Assembly: GCA_040220235.1 (NCBI GenBank)
Contig: JAVJTO010000111.1
Length of the DNA: 16,514 nucleotides
Reading direction: 5' to 3' (one strand)
Origin: Coleofasciculus sp. B1-GNL1-01
Lineage (GTDB): Bacteria > Cyanobacteriota > Cyanobacteriia > Cyanobacteriales > Coleofasciculaceae
In this document: positions 16,145-16,514 of the stretch, in pieces
How the letters are laid out: every line of letters starts with the position of its first letter
Numbering within the stretch: the stretch's first letter is position 1
Translations under genes and position numbers: made by a program
The notes under the pieces: generated by a model
Database searches by the model: none
What the model was told of the DNA's origin: nothing
What the model saw: the letters and a program-made list of their open reading frames with translations, nothing else

Positions 16145-16492
16145 ATGCTACAAGTCAAAACAAAAATTTCTGAAGGTGGCAGAGTTGCGATTCCAGCCGA
16201 GTATTTCAATCAACTGGGATTGGAGGTGGGAGATGACGTAATTGTCCGCCTTGTGGATGGAGAAATCAGAATTTTCACCCTTGCTCAAGCTATCCAGCAA
16301 GCACAAGCCTGGGTGCGGAGTTTTACTCCACCAGATCGCTCCCTTGTCGATGAACTAATTCAGGAACGGCGTCACCCGCATTTCTCACAAGAAGCGCGAT
16401 CGCAAATCACAAAAACCTTGCCAGACAAGGATTTAATCCCATTTATTCCCCCCAGCCGCACACAACAGTGTGTTGCACCTTCAAGCCTCTGA
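16145..16492 (+). CDS. AbrB/MazE/SpoVT-family antitoxin with an apparently foreign C-terminal extension
   Basis: KISEGGRVAIPAEY...LGLEVGDDV...DGEIRI...SLVDELIQERR; sequence after ERR (from ~16373) looks like repeat DNA. Confidence 0.85.
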   Translation: MLQVKTKISEGGRVAIPAEYFNQLGLEVGDDVIVRLVDGEIRIFTLAQAIQQAQAWVRSFTPPDRSLVDELIQERRHPHFSQEARSQITKTLPDKDLIPFIPPSRTQQCVAPSSL

Positions 16493-16514
16493 ATAATCAT
16501 GCTCCTCAACCTAA
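16373..16514. mobile_element. Possible MITE/IS end starting cacccgcatttctcacaag, running off the window
   Basis: Abrupt end of antitoxin-like sequence; contains HIP1 and a ccttg-ccaga-caagg hairpin; partner end not visible. Confidence 0.35.

Overview
Cyanobacterial chromosomal window, probably from a filamentous species (11 HIP1 GCGATCGC sites, heptamer STRRs, many GTAG-type REP/MITE elements). The left part has an internally deleted ISAs1-family element (TIRs plus 10-bp TSD) apparently inserted into a MITE. It is followed by a REC-GAF-GGDEF diguanylate cyclase, a minus-strand pair (putative outer-membrane beta-barrel plus small secreted protein), and a plus-strand cluster (glycosyltransferase, K/T-rich membrane protein, D/E-rich protein, YjbQ). 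The right part is the most interesting: a paired STAND-like AAA_35 ATPase locus. Gene 1 is trypsin-protease + TIR + AAA_35, with a +1 frameshift exactly in Walker A. Gene 2 is AAA_35 + TM + coiled-coil stalk + TPR-like + GUN4, with one in-frame TAG. The two are separated by an orphan VapB (8-codon VapC stub) and a PD-(D/E)XK nuclease gene bracketed by ~185-bp REP-like direct repeats. A RAYT/IS200-like transposase stub beside a REP and a second, apparently orphan, AbrB-type antitoxin end the window. All domain calls come from motif recognition by eye, not database searches.
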